Below, one piece after another: positions 1 through 12,580 of a stretch of 58,722 nucleotides of DNA. Numbering within the stretch: position 1 is the stretch's first letter; the number at the start of each line of letters is the position of its first letter. The stretch lies in the NCBI GenBank assembly GCA_000934665.2, contig JYFJ02002340.1, forward strand, positions 1-58,722, in the 5' to 3' direction. The translations under genes and the position numbers were made by a program. The notes under the pieces are model-generated. The model saw only the letters and a list, made by a program, of their open reading frames with translations. It had not been told where the DNA came from and made no database searches. The stretch is from Catajapyx aquilonaris. Its lineage: Eukaryota.

Positions 1-80
1 CAGAGATTTCGCAATGTCAATCTCTGTTGTTGTGGCATTGCTTTGATTAGGTGCAGGTTTGTTCCTCACTGGAAATAACG

Positions 81-338
81 ATGAGAGCACGTCTCTTCAC
101 CATCGCACTACTCATCATGTCACTAATAGTGCTGTCTCAAGGTAAGTTCATATCCTTATAGTACTGGCATGTAAGTACGTAATTAATGCTCGGTATGGTA
201 GGCACATGTCCCCAACCTGCCTCCAGAGTGCGCAGAGGTTCGTGCATAATCACATGCAACAATGACACTGATTGTGCTGGAGGTCAGAAGTGATGCTTTA
301 ATGGATGCGGCAGAGTATGTCAAAATCCAACGAAGTGA
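81..338 (+). pseudogene. Secreted WAP / four-disulfide-core (waprin/crustin-like) peptide gene with an in-frame TGA at a conserved Cys
   Basis: Exon 1 81-141 (MRARLFTIALLIMSLIVLSQ, signal-peptide-like), GT..AG intron 142-201 (phase 1 matches), exon 2 202-338 GTCPQPASRVRRGSCIITCNNDTDCAGGQK*CFNGCGRVCQNPTK*. WAP cysteine spacing; TGA at 291-293 replaces the first C of KCC; AATAAA at 364-369. Missing from the ORF track. Confidence 0.85.
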
Positions 339-714
339 GAAACTTATGTATCATAATCTGGAAATAAATATATGAAAATGTGAAATGCGACCAATTTTTT
401 TTTGTGAGCCACTCGCATGAATGGGATAACACCTTACACTGGGTGAGCATAATTATTTTAATACAGTATCAATGACTACTATTGCCGACTATTGCACTAG
501 TGCATAAGAGCGCCACACTGTGTCACGTATCACGCATACGAGCTTTGAGTTTTGGTCAACAAACAGCGCTGCAATGCACGTTCATCTCCATGCGCCAACC
601 TTGATCCATGCGGTCTATATTTATTATGTCCTTGTGGCTTTCCGGCTACTTCCTTACTATACATTCATACTCATTCAGTATTTCACAATGTTTGTGACGC
701 CTGGTAGTGTCCAG

Positions 715-1212
715 ATGGATTCGGTGTACATACAGAATGAGGCAACTGGCCTGGTGCTGGACATACAAGAAGGAAGCACTGAGGAAGGAGCACAGGTCAT
801 CATGTGGGGGTTTGAAGGATCATCCAACCAGCTGTGGAAAGTGGAGGGTCAAATAATTCGGAGCCTTCACAGCAAGTAAGTCTGGTCACGAAGCCTTCCG
901 GCAAGGTCACACTATGCAGTAGAAAAATAAACATGACATTTTTCAGTGTTCAGTGTCTGAGTGTGCCTGCTGTACAGTTATGTTCTAGATTTGGCTGGTC
1001 CTTCTGAAGAAGGTTGCAACGTGATTGTGTACGGAGAGCATGGCGAGACCAACCAACAATGGTTCATCGAGCCGGACGGTACCATCCGAAATGGCACAGG
1101 ATTCGTCCTGGATGTACAGGAAGGTGATACCGAACCAGGGGCACAACTCATCTGCTGGAGCAAAACAGGGGATGCCAACCAGAAATTCCGGATAGTGCAG
1201 CACTGTTTATAA
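715..1212 (+). CDS. Ricin-B (R-type) lectin 1, single beta-trefoil, ~131 aa
   Basis: Exons 715-875 and 978-1212, phase-2 intron GTAAGT..TACAG. Three subrepeats with VLD and NQLW/NQQW/NQKF (QxW) motifs. No signal peptide. Confidence 0.92.
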
Positions 1213-1597
1213 AACATTCCGCACGTCACAGTTTCAATAATAACACACACCTGAGAGTTTCATTACACAGTATGGTTGTGGGAAATATAATTTCGATACT
1301 TCATATTATAAGCTAGTATAACGCTCAACTGCTCAAGAATGAATCTCGATTGCATAAAATACAGAATATAGTTTTATAAATAAATGGCTGCTTATCAAGC
1401 GGGAATATTTCAGCGCAATATCTGAGCAATGCACGTGTTACTATGTCAATATTACACTTGCCTGACTCATTGCCAGAGTATGGCGTATGCGAAATACTGT
1501 GAGATGTATTTGTGGAGATAACAAAATGTTTTGCTGAAATGTGTTTTGGAGTGCATTATTTTTACACACGAAATTTTCAGTGTCCTGGACTATACTT

Positions 1598-1886
1598 CGC
1601 TACTATATGACAAAAGGACGAATTCAGATTTCCCCCCAATTTTGTTATGGCCACTGCCACCGTCAAGTGTTGCGTCACATTCTGACAAAACTGTGTCCTA
1701 ATGCAACAAATGACGTCAGAGATACAGCCCGAAATCAGTACGCCATATACACTATCACGAAGGTTCTGAACATGCAAAGTTTGACATGGCATCCTTTTTT
1801 TGTATAGCAGATTGCAGGTTTCCTTTGGCTATCCTGTACAATTATGAAAATGTCGAATAAGTCGTCCTTTCGTCAAATTAACGACG
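1598..1886. mobile_element. Degenerate non-autonomous DNA transposon (MITE)
   Basis: Imperfect terminal inverted repeats CGCTACTATATGACAAAAGGACGA ... TCGTCCTTTCGTCAAATTAACGACG; no clear TSD. Confidence 0.45.
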
Positions 1887-1913
1887 TAATTACTCCCACC
1901 ATAATTATCAAAC

Positions 1914-2245
1914 CAGTGGAGCCTTTATCCGAAAATCGTGAAGTCCGAAAACCTCCAAAACCCGAAAGTTTTTGACTGCTGATATGAAACGCCAAAAAAG
2001 GAACATTCCATGTGAGTAGACCGTAACTAGAATAATTACCTGTATCCATACCTATGCAAAAAATTAAAAATTATTATTAGACTACCTCCAGGGCTAATGC
2101 ACTGTACATATAACCCTCATTAAGAAATCTGTTCAGGAATTTATCAAATTCCAAAGCTGTCTAATTGGGGAATATATTTGCATATATGCAAATATATTCC
2201 CCAATTCCGAAACACTTCCGGTCACAAGCATTTCGGATAAACCTG
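1914..2245. mobile_element. pogo/Tigger-type MITE
   Basis: CAG..TTATCCGAAA left end and TTTCGGATAA..CTG(TA) right end; repeated TCCGAAA subterminal motifs as in Tigger/MER2-like elements; contains a perfect 44-bp palindrome at 2163-2206. Confidence 0.7.
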
Positions 2246-2492
2246 TAATGATTAGTGTATTAATTATTTGTGCTACCTATTACCTACTTGAACTCAAGGT
2301 TAAGGTGAATCAACTATCCCTCATGACATTTCACACTTATCAACCGTGGTATTAAAGTGGCATCTATCATCATCTCTATATCAGTCCATATCTGTAGATC
2401 TTGTGAGCATCTCATCCCTACTATTAAAGTTATTTATGAAATCTTTGACTTGTCAGTGTTTGCTTTTACACAGTTTCCCACACTTATATAAG

Positions 2493-2681
2493 CCCTTATC
2501 AGCCCCTAGATATTTAGGCCATACGGCTCTTAAGATCCTAAAAGATAAAAGGCGCCTGAAGGTGACACAACACCTGAGTCACTTCCCGCATTAGGTAACC
2601 AATATCAAGAGTGCCGCCTACCAAAATTCAACTGATAACATTGTAAATCTCCAGTCCGGACAAAGTCTGGGCTGATAAGGG
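2493..2681. mobile_element. 189-bp MITE, unclassified
   Basis: Perfect 13-bp TIR CCCTTATCAGCCC / GGGCTGATAAGGG flanked by 3-bp direct repeat AAG. Confidence 0.75.
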
Positions 2682-2752
2682 AAGTAATAAGTAGGCACCC
2701 AGCAAGCCAAGGAGGCCTACCTTATTCCGAACCTCCGAGCAGTCAGGTAACT

Positions 2753-3207
2753 ATGAGGTCCGTATACATCCAGAACGTGGAGACCAACCTGGTGTTGGAC
2801 ATCAAGGATGGCAGCAAGGAACAGGGAGCAAAGCTGATCATGTGGCCCTTCAAAGGATCATCCAACCAGCTATGGAAGGTTGAGGGACACAGGATCAGGA
2901 GCCATCACAGCAAGTTAGTAATTTTATTGCTCCATCTCAGCACTTGTCATAATATGGTATGATCCGTTCTAGTCATGTCATGGATTTGGCTGGACCTTCC
3001 AACGAAGGCGCTCATGTGATCGTGTACGGAGACCACGACGGCAACAACCAAGAGTGGCACATTGAAGCGGACGGCACAATCCGTAATGGGACAGGGTATG
3101 TCCTGGACGTCCAAGGAGGTAGCACGGAGCCAGGAGCACACGTTATTGGATGGAGGAAGACCGGTAATGCCAACCAGAAGTTCAGGATTTGTGAGCACTT
3201 TGGGTGA
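2753..3207 (+). CDS. Ricin-B lectin 2, single domain, ~131 aa
   Basis: Exons 2753-2913 and 2973-3207 (same 161/235-nt sizes as lectin 1); QxW motifs; AATAAA just after the stop. Confidence 0.88.
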
Positions 3208-3466
3208 ACCGTGAAATAAACCGAATTCATCACTGGTTTTGAGTTTTTGTTCAAAAATGTACGCCAGCCACTTATAATTTAAGATCAGACGCCCAATGTG
3301 CATACAGCCTATTTATCTTAATCGTCACTCTTGGTGCGACTGCCAGGAGTTCAACGAGTTACTAGCTACGTAAATGTGGCCGCAACAAATTGAGCAGAAT
3401 TTGGTGACAAGTGAATGAATAGAGCACACAACTTGCTCTGGGGTATTTATTAGGACTGTACTGCTG

Positions 3467-3508
3467 TACAGTGGTGGAAATTAATCTCCATTAATTTCCA
3501 CCGCTGTA
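3467..3508. repeat. TA-flanked mini hairpin, probably a collapsed Tc1/mariner-type MITE
   Basis: TA-CAGTGGTGGAAATTAAT-ctcc-ATTAATTTCCACCGCTG-TA. Confidence 0.6.
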
Positions 3509-3856
3509 TACCACACACGGTCATGAGATCCGATATTTCGTACTTCCTTTCCAGGACAATGTAGAGGAAAATCAAATTATTACCAGGAATGCCGATATGA
3601 TTAATTATTGCTGCCCTGATGTAGAAAGGTCAAGACGACAGGTCAGACCCAGTCAAACTGCAAACATTTACGTCACTGGTGCATGCACCTTTCGCATAAT
3701 TCTTATCGAAGGTCACGGATGTTCATATCTCATCCAAGGAAAATTCATAGAAAAGCCGCCTACTATCTAGAGTAGTAATTGGAATTTTTATTTTTATCTC
3801 TGCTATCCGAAAAAATACATTGGGCCATTCGGGGTCAAGCTCCACGACGATCGGGC

Positions 3857-3890
3857 GGGTATTCCCAGCATGAACATACAGAAATATAAA
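3857..3890 (+). promoter_or_regulatory. kB (Rel/NF-kB)-like site plus TATA box of lectin 3
   Basis: GGGTATTCCC 3857-3866 and TATAAA 3885-3890; the downstream 5' region aligns with that of lectin 4. Confidence 0.6.
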
Positions 3891-3965
3891 GAGAGCACAT
3901 AACTGACCCCAAGTCACTTGCCAAGCTGCAGTCTAATTGCTCACAAAGACACATAGTGCGGAAAT

Positions 3966-4898
3966 ATGCCAAGGATCGTGTACATCCAGAGTACGGAGAC
4001 CGGTATGGCCGTGTCCATAGACGGAGGACGAACAGACCAAGGAGCCAAGCTGGTCATGTGGCCATTCCACGACGGCAAAAACCAGCTATGGACACTGGAA
4101 GGGAACAGGATACGAAGCATGAATTGCAGGTGAGACAATTTTGACTATTACAATTAGGATATTTCATATACGACAATACTATTTTAGCCATGTGATGGAT
4201 CTGGAGGGTCCTTCCAACGAAGGTTCACATGTGATAATCCACCCTGAACACGGCGGGTCGAACCAGCAGTGGTGCATAGAGTCCGATGGTACTATCCACA
4301 ACGGTACAGGACTTGTCCTGGATGTACAATCAGCAAATAGGAACCCAGGCGCGCACCTGATCGGATGGCGTCACCACGGAGGAGGAAACCAAAAGTTTAG
4401 AGTCGTGGTGTACTCATCCTCCGAGTGCACCCCGACATGTGGAACGAGGAATGTGTACATCCAGAATGTGGAGACTAACCTGGTGTTGGACATCAAGGAT
4501 GCCAGCAAGGAGGAAGGAACACGTCTGATCATGTGGCCCTTCGAAGGATCATCCAACCAGCTATGGAAGATTGATGGACACAATATCAGGAGCCATCACA
4601 ACGAGTAAGTGACTTCATTGTTCCGTCTTACCACTTGGAATCACATTTTATTATCCATTCCAGTCATGTCCTGGATCTGGCAGGACCTTCCAACGAAGGC
4701 GCACATGTGATCGTGTACAGACACCACGGAGGTACCAACCAACAATGGCACATCGAATCGGACGGCACCATCCGTAATGGGACAGGGTATGTCCTGGACG
4801 TCCAAGGAGGAAGCACGGAGCAAGGAGCACACGTTATTGGATGGAGCAAGAACTGTAATGCCAATCAGAAGTTCAGGATAGTTGAGTACTTTGGATGA
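3966..4898 (+). CDS. Ricin-B lectin 3, two tandem domains, ~271 aa
   Basis: Exons 3966-4129, 4188-4604, 4664-4898; both introns phase 2 and GT-AG; spliced frame is open; six QxW-type subrepeats. Confidence 0.9.
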
Positions 4899-5372
4899 AA
4901 TAAACCGACTTTCTCACTAGTTTTGAGTATTTTTGTTCAAAAATGTACGCCCTATTTTAGGAGTATATATTATAATTATGCACAATCAAGAATGTGTGAG
5001 ATAACGGTGCACTGCCCCACGGTCCATAGTGCAACGGGAGGAAGCTTGGATGTGATAAATTCTTTATCCAACAGACAGTTTAAATAAAGCAATCAGGACG
5101 ACAATAGCTTATCGAAATTTTTTAAAATTGAGGTTTTCCCCCGTTATTATCTAACAAGGAAAAGAAGAGCATTGTTTACAAAAAAAGTCTTCTAATATAA
5201 TTATGTTAGATATTGCACACATTTAGTAAAGTGCATGCATCACCTGAGTTTTGCACATCCTGTTCAGTTACACAAAAAACCACGACGGACTGCGCTGAGT
5301 AATTTACACGAGAATGTGACTACATGCATATCTGTCAACCTGTAAGTGACACAAAGCAACGGGCGAACCTGA

Positions 5373-5409
5373 TTATCAGCTAGATTGGGAATATCTCAAG
5401 CGATATAAA
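5373..5409 (+). promoter_or_regulatory. GATA / kB-like site / TATA box of lectin 4
   Basis: TTATCA ~5373, GGGAATATCT 5387-5396, TATAAA 5404-5409; layout similar to lectin 3. Confidence 0.5.
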
Positions 5410-5463
5410 GACAGCAGATAACATTCACGAGTTACTTGCCAGGCTGCAGTCTAGTAGCCCACA

Positions 5464-6514
5464 ATGATGCAATCAGGAATAATGCCACGGATCGTGTATA
5501 TCCAAAATGTGGAGACAGGTATGGCAGTGTCCATACAAGGTGCACGTACAGATCAAAGTACCAATCTGGTCATGTGGCCATTCAACGGAAGCCCATATCA
5601 GCTCTGGAGACTTGAAGGAACCAGGATACGAAGCATGCATTGCAGGTGAGATTGGCAATATATTTTGACAGCATACAACAATGAATGAAACCGTCTTCAT
5701 CACTAGCCATGTGATGGATCTGGCTGGTCCTTCGAACGAAGGTTCACACGTCATAATCTACCCTGAAAACTCCGGAGTGAACCAGCAGTGGTACATACAG
5801 TCCAACGGTACTATCCAAAACGGCACAGGACTTGTACTGGACGTACAATCGGGAAGTAGGAACCCTGATGCGCACCTGATTGGCTGGCGGTACAACGGAG
5901 GTGCTAACCAGATGTTTCGTGTCGTTGACTATTCATTTGGACCACAGCCTCCTTGGGGATGGAGCCCAAATATTCAGCCTTCATATCCACCACCTCCATG
6001 TAAGTACAAGTTATTGTTTTAAGCTTCATTAAATTAATACCGAACGTTGCAGACACACCGTCGTATGAAATGAGGACTGTGTACATCCAGTGCACTGAGA
6101 CCGATCTGGTGTTGGATATCAAGGATGGCAGCAGGTCATCAGGTGCTCATGTTATCATGTGGCCGTTCAAAGCGAGTACGAATCAGCTATGGCGGATTAC
6201 AGGCAACACTATTCGGAGCATGCACAGCAGGTAGAGTATGACCTACAATGTTCATGACCTAGTACCAGCACAGCCTTTTCAGGCATGTGCTAGACCTGGC
6301 TGGTCCTTCGACAGAAGGCTCCAAGATAATTGTCTGGGAGGAAAACGGAGGAAACAACCAGAAGTGGCACATCGAATCGGACGGTACCATTCGTAACGGT
6401 ACTGGTCTGGTAATGGATGTTCAAGGCGGAAGCAGACACAAAGGAGCGCATGTCATAGGTTGGCGAAGAACCGGCCGAAGTAACCAGAAGTTTAGAGTTG
6501 TGATGCATCAATAA
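5464..6514 (+). CDS. Ricin-B lectin 4, two domains joined by a Pro-rich linker
   Basis: Exons 5464 (or 5482)-5645, 5707-5999, 6053-6230, 6283-6514; phases 2/1/2 are consistent; linker GPQPPWGWSPNIQPSYPPPPYTPSY. Confidence 0.9.
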
Positions 6515-6713
6515 AGTTTGGTTGTTCCTGAAACTGACTTTGTTAATTGAGACAAGATACACTGATTAGCCTTATCTCATAGTACAGTCTCACACAAGCT
6601 CAAATACATCCGTGTATATATCCAGTGGCCTGAAATTGATTCGGAACTTCCTGACAGGAAGTTGATATGAACAATCGCCACAGTACATCACAGTGTCCAG
6701 TATAGTTAGCAGG

Positions 6714-8348
6714 ATGGAGGACAAAACGTCCGCTAGTACCAAGCTGCTTCCACCATCAAACGAGGTCAAAGTGCATCCAGAACGATGGTTAATGCTGCTT
6801 CTCTTTGGCCTATGCATGGCCAACACTACCTTCAACTGGATGGGATTCACTGGTATTAAGACCGTTACTTCCTACTACCAGATGAGAAGCACTTCATTCT
6901 TGATGTACCACTCGGCTACTAGTGTACCGTTCGTCGTGTTCGTGTTGCCTGCGATGTATCTTCTGTACTCGAAGGTAACTGCATCGTGACATTTTCCAGG
7001 TTGAATCTTACTTTGTACACACCACAGGGATTGAGGGTGACCATTGTGACTGGCACATTCCTGATGGCTTGCGGATCTTGGGTTCGTCTCCTGAGCGTCT
7101 CACGTGATAGATTCATCGTGCTTGTCATATCGCAATTTCTGGAAGGTGTTGCTGCCTCATTTTTTTACGTGGTACCTGCACGTTTGGCTGCGGTTTGGTT
7201 CGGAGCCAACCAGGTGTCCACTGCTTGTGGTATCGGACTCATGTTTGCACAGGTACCTTGCTGAAGGCTACACAGAGTACAGTAATTGCAATCTCATGTC
7301 CCAACAGGTTGGAAAACTCCTGGCTTCAATCATACCTTCACTAGTTGTGTACGACACTGATGAAATTGCATACTACAGGTTTGAAAATAGCATGCAAACA
7401 TTGCACTACGGAACAGCTATCGTGTCGACAGTCCTTCTCCTTCTCACCTTTCTGTGTGAGTATTAACCACATTTTTCTGTAAAATGCTTGTAATATTGCT
7501 CTGTTTCAAGTCATCAAAGGAGAACCACGTCATCCTGCGAGCAATGCGAGGTACCTGGCCATCAAAGAAGGACAACATGGGTGTATCGGAAGCATTCTGC
7601 GCAACAAGAACTTTTGGTTTCTCCTCGTTGCCTTCTTCGTTGCACAAGGTGTCGACAGGGCTTTGGTCCGAGTGTTTATTACCATTGAGAGATACGTAAG
7701 AGCTGATAGTTTCAATAAGATGGATGTGTGCTATATTGTGCAATGATTTACAGAGACAGTACCATACTGTTTGGATTGTAACATTCGGGGCCAATGCGGC
7801 CGGAGCAATCTTCAGTGGAATTTGGCTGGACAAAGCACATCGATTCAAGTGAGTAATATTTCCCTTCATATCAAGAAACAGTTACTAATAAGTGTGCATT
7901 TCAGAGGAACTCACTGCTCAGTGTACTGCGCATTGTGTCTGGGAACAACCGCGTTCGTCCTCTCCATGTTGTTCATGGCGATTAATGAATTAATGTACAC
8001 CACTTACGGATTCACACAGTATGTCATCATATACGAGTAATTATATTATTACAGCTTCATCATTACCAATACTATTGCAGGTTCTTCACTGGATTCTACC
8101 TGACACTTGCATTCGAGTACGGGGTGGAGATGACCTATCCTGACCCGGAGGGTACGACCTGCGGGTTCATCGCGATGGCATACGTCTTGTCACAATTCGT
8201 GTTCGCATATGTGATACCATATTTTCTTGGTCCGGTCATTTTCATGTTCGATCTGGGATTGTGCGTTCTCATGGTCATATGTTTCTTCATGACGCTATTC
8301 ATAAGGGGAAAGTACCGCCGACTTGCAGCAAATTCAACATTAGAGTAA
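6714..8348 (+). CDS. MFS transporter, FLVCR/SLC49 family-like, ~431 aa
   Basis: Exons 6714-6974, 7028-7252, 7308-7455, 7511-7695, 7754-7848, 7905-8018, 8081-8348 splice in frame (1296 nt). Family motifs KVHPERWLML, VPARLAAVWFG..QVSTAC, GIWLDK..RFK, FEYGVEMTYP..EGT. Confidence 0.9.
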
Positions 8349-11300
8349 TTGAAACTTACTGAATAGGGGCCTATCTTAATATGCCACGAAATATAGTACT
8401 TGCAGCTTCTCAGTTTAAGCAGCCACAGTATAAAATTGTTATCATCTAATAACATAGGCCTACATTTACGTGTATTTCATACAAATCTCAAATGCCATCT
8501 AGATTTTACGTTATGTTTTAATAATAATCATTTCTTTTTAAGTATCGTAATTCACGAAAAAAAATAATTACGAGTATCTTTATACTAATATTCATTCACA
8601 GTTTAGTTATGGTTTTCTTAAGAGTCCACTACATACGGTATTTGTTGTATTATTTACTTATCACTCCAATAATGTTGACTAATAGTCATAATAATATGCT
8701 TAGCTTATTCACAATCGAGTATTACTTGACCAGGTTCCACACCTGTCTTTGTAACTACGACTAACTAAGTAGACGAGAAAAACATTAAATTCAGATCAGT
8801 CATAATATTGAATCAACTGAACACAAAAACTAACCATAGAAAGTATAAGCTTCTTAACTGTATAGCTATATGGCTAATAATAAAATAAGTTTCATCACTC
8901 TCTGGTTACCAACTGTTCATTTACCAGGACGGATTATGTTATTACGGAAGGTAATGGTCCAGCAAATCACATTCGAGAGATAATTTCAGACTTCCAGAGA
9001 ATTCAGACCTATAGAGGTTTATAGCAGGTCAGGAGGTAATAGTTCCTCCTTCCCCCCCAAATTTTTTTTCTGGGATTTCACTCACTGAACCACCATCAAT
9101 CAGACAAACGGCTGATTGTGATAATGGTTCCCTAAGAGGTCCAGTCAAAGGGTACAGCATAAGAAGTTATGAACATAAAGCTCCGCTGGCTGACCAGATT
9201 AAACGAATTATCGCACTCCATTTTGCAAATCAATATTAGTGAAACAAGTGTCTCAGAAAGGTAAACCATTTCAGCGGTGGTAATATTTATTACAGTTCTG
9301 CAACAAGAGCATCCAAACCAGAAACCCCCATTGAATTGAAAACATAGACGAAAGCCTTGATTATACTGCATGGCCTTTCTTTATTCAAAACTGAAGCATT
9401 AATCCAACATCATGGCAGCACACAGGACGAACGAACTGCGGTTGGCCACGGAACACAGGATCTCACTACCACGAGAAAGTAGTCACAAATCTTCACAGAA
9501 AGCCAAACTTTGGATCAACAACTGAACTAGACGTTGGGAGAAAAATCGACAGTTTAATGTCTGCCATAAAAATGTTAATTGAACTTCAATTCTCAGGTTG
9601 ACCCCACTGTTCAACAAGCCAACAAACAAACAGCAGCACACTATTTTGAAAATCAGAAAATAATGCATGGTCACCAAAGCCAGTCGTCGTCGGCCGTATA
9701 TTCATGACCTTTGCTGGAAACCTTTTAACCACAAATGGATCCAGTGCTCCAACTTGTAAAGTACTCTTTGGACAAGCCCGTGTCGCCTCTCATCATTCAG
9801 GTTATTTGCTACATTCTTTTTCAAAACACCAATCATCAGCTACTAAACGGCCCCCTTCTCCCCCTAGGTGTATGACAGCTTGCAGCTTGCTGTACAATAA
9901 AAAAACCTGCCTAACACAATGTTTCGACATCACCCCAACAATCACGGAACAATAACTGATATGACGCAGAACAAATCAATGCTTAATATTTTCTGAACCA
10001 AATCATCGCAACGTGTGCGGTGAGTCGAGCTAAACACACTTGATCACTGTGTCAGAGTTACGGCGACCCAACCATAAAGGCCCCGCGCCACTTGCCACTG
10101 GCAAGTAACTCAGAACACCAGTTATTTCTGGTCACTTTCTGTATGACCCCATACCAGCAACATTTAAACATTAAAGATTAACACTTAACTTGTAAGTTGC
10201 AATTTATAATTCAATAATGAGACATCAATTGTAAAATAAGACATATTGCATCATTATGTTCTCACAATACTTGAAGGAATAAAAGGCAAGAGAGGAAAGG
10301 TGAATACATCGATCGCCCTTTGACACGACTACAATCTTCGCACCATGGTTACAATCGAGATATCGGCCTCCTACGTGAGGGGAAGTCCTGCCAAACGACG
10401 ACCAGGCGCCCAGCCCTCTAATGGTCCATGTGCAGACACTGCCGCTGATATCGTATTACACCCGATGCTGAGTGATAGCAATAATTTTTAAATAAAAATC
10501 TGCGTAAAGAGCCAACAAATTATTTCAGTGGGCCACTGGAAACGCTTCCTCATACATTTTGATATAGTGTCATTAAAATTGTGCACATATGTCAATAAAC
10601 CCCAGTACTTTGGTTCACCAGTAGTCATTATTTTACAAGGTGATACATTTAGAATCAACAGCATAACCTAGAATAATCAATTCGCATATTCTTGGTTCAG
10701 CTCTCAATCTGTCAGTGACATAACCATCTAGTATTGATACTAGATTGTTTCCCTTGAAAGGCATTACGTATATTATATGTGTTATTTTGGTTGGGAGGAA
10801 ATATGTCTCACGATCCACTGACAACTAGTGCGACTCTTCTCTTAATAACTGAAATGGATCAAGTTCTACGAGCAACTCATCAGAAAATCTGACGACCAGA
10901 GCGAGTCAAATGAAGGAGGTTTACTCTATCACATGCTCCATCGAGAAAGTGCTGAGGAATTCGCCACCAGAAACAAACCATTTGGATCCATGATACCCAC
11001 TATCCAATGTATTGAATGACCTAATATTAGACTTTCTTATAAAACAATTCGATAAGTAATAATTCCTTCGATCCATTTTATAACAGAGTCAAGATTTTTA
11101 GGGAGAGCATACGCCTACAAAAAATCAACCATTGACCTTATCATGTAATTTTTGTTATGACAACAAGACAGGGACAGATATCCGAGTTAATACGCTTGGA
11201 TTGTATTTAATACGCGAATTCATAATATTTAATTGTTTACGTCATTGGAATCATATTCACAAAATGTACAGTACTGATTGCAATGGAGACATCCCTTATG

Positions 11301-12580
11301 GATATATGATGACTGATCAAAAATCCCCTGAGAATTCAGGCGACGCGACGACGGTTTCCAACCAATTGTACCTAATTAGCAAGATGTGAACCGGTGTGAA
11401 GAGCGGGTGTGCGGCAGGCTCGTGTACTGTATACATGTGGCTAGTTTTTACAAACCCATCAATTTTATCAGTGACCAAGAGCAAGCAACAGGACAGCAGC
11501 ACATAGGTCTACCGAAACTGTACTTCGGAGAACACCTTTATTCATCAGTAGATCAGCATTCATCAGTAGATCAGCATGGCAGGGAATGATCTTAGTAGTG
11601 CTGAAGAAATTACAAGAATGCAATATGAAATTCTTAAAAAATTATCAGCCCAAACCGCACTCTTCTTAATGATTTACACAGACTTTTTGTACACTGCTGC
11701 CACTTCTTTCCTGATAGACAAGTCAACATTCATGTTTTGGCGTGCTCGCCGCAGATGACCATTTCTTACTGGACTAATAAGGTGAAACTGATCACAAGAG
11801 GGCCGAGGACAGCACCCATATTGACCTTTGACCGTTTGGAAATGCTGCGAATAACTAAATTTGCTTATACCTACAAGTAGAGCAGTTGGAATGACCAAAT
11901 CGCTTTCTGCCCAAATGCACATGAAGCAGAGCATACACACATTTCCTTGCAGAACTCTCTGTCCTATATATAAATAAAAAAACCATGATTTTCCAAAGAT
12001 AGGGTAGTCCTGGTCCTATCTTTTCGTAAATTCGGGAGCTAATCATAGAAGAGAGTTGCATGATTATTATATTGACTTTCAAAAACCACAATATGCGTAG
12101 CGCCCATTAATTTAAAAATTATGTGGGCATGTGCACAAGCTATTCCCTGTCAAGTTTGAAGAAATAAAATGGCGATGAAGCTACCCTTTCTTTATACAGT
12201 ACATAAGCGAGTGAACGTCAAAATTTCATATAATATGCAACCCACTACAAGTGCAATAGATTGGGAACAGATCATCTTCCACCTGCGACTTTTGCTCCGA
12301 ACGTATAGTTTTAAAAGACCAATATGTATATGTGGCCAGCTTTCCGTCCGGTGAGCGCATGGTGTACGCCAGACGGACTGGGCCATAAGCTGGCGCCATG
12401 TCGACGTAGAATTATAAAGTACAAAAACCAAAGGTGATGGTTCCTTGGAAATGTTGTAAGGTTGCGATAAAGTCACTTTTGGTTAAAATCCATTCATTAC
12501 ATCGCGAAATATTTACTTCACATTGGTCCGATCCTGGTCCGATCAGTCACCGGACGGAAAGCTGCTGGCTACGTGAAATT

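Noticed and set aside
340..460. SECIS element for the WAP gene
   Set aside because: ATGA..AA..GA spacing and stems do not fit, and the poly(A) signal is only ~25 nt after the stop.
81..715. Signal-peptide exon 81-141 as the leader of lectin 1
   Set aside because: It is phase 1; the AGs at 678, 707 and 714 are out of phase, while the AG at 201 gives the WAP frame.
978..6562. Minus-strand ORFs over the lectin genes
   Set aside because: Antisense shadows of the plus-strand exons.
9130..9960. gag/ORF1-like retroelement relic
   Set aside because: Only a coiled-coil-like KIDSLMSAIKMLIELQ; no zinc knuckle or other diagnostic motif.
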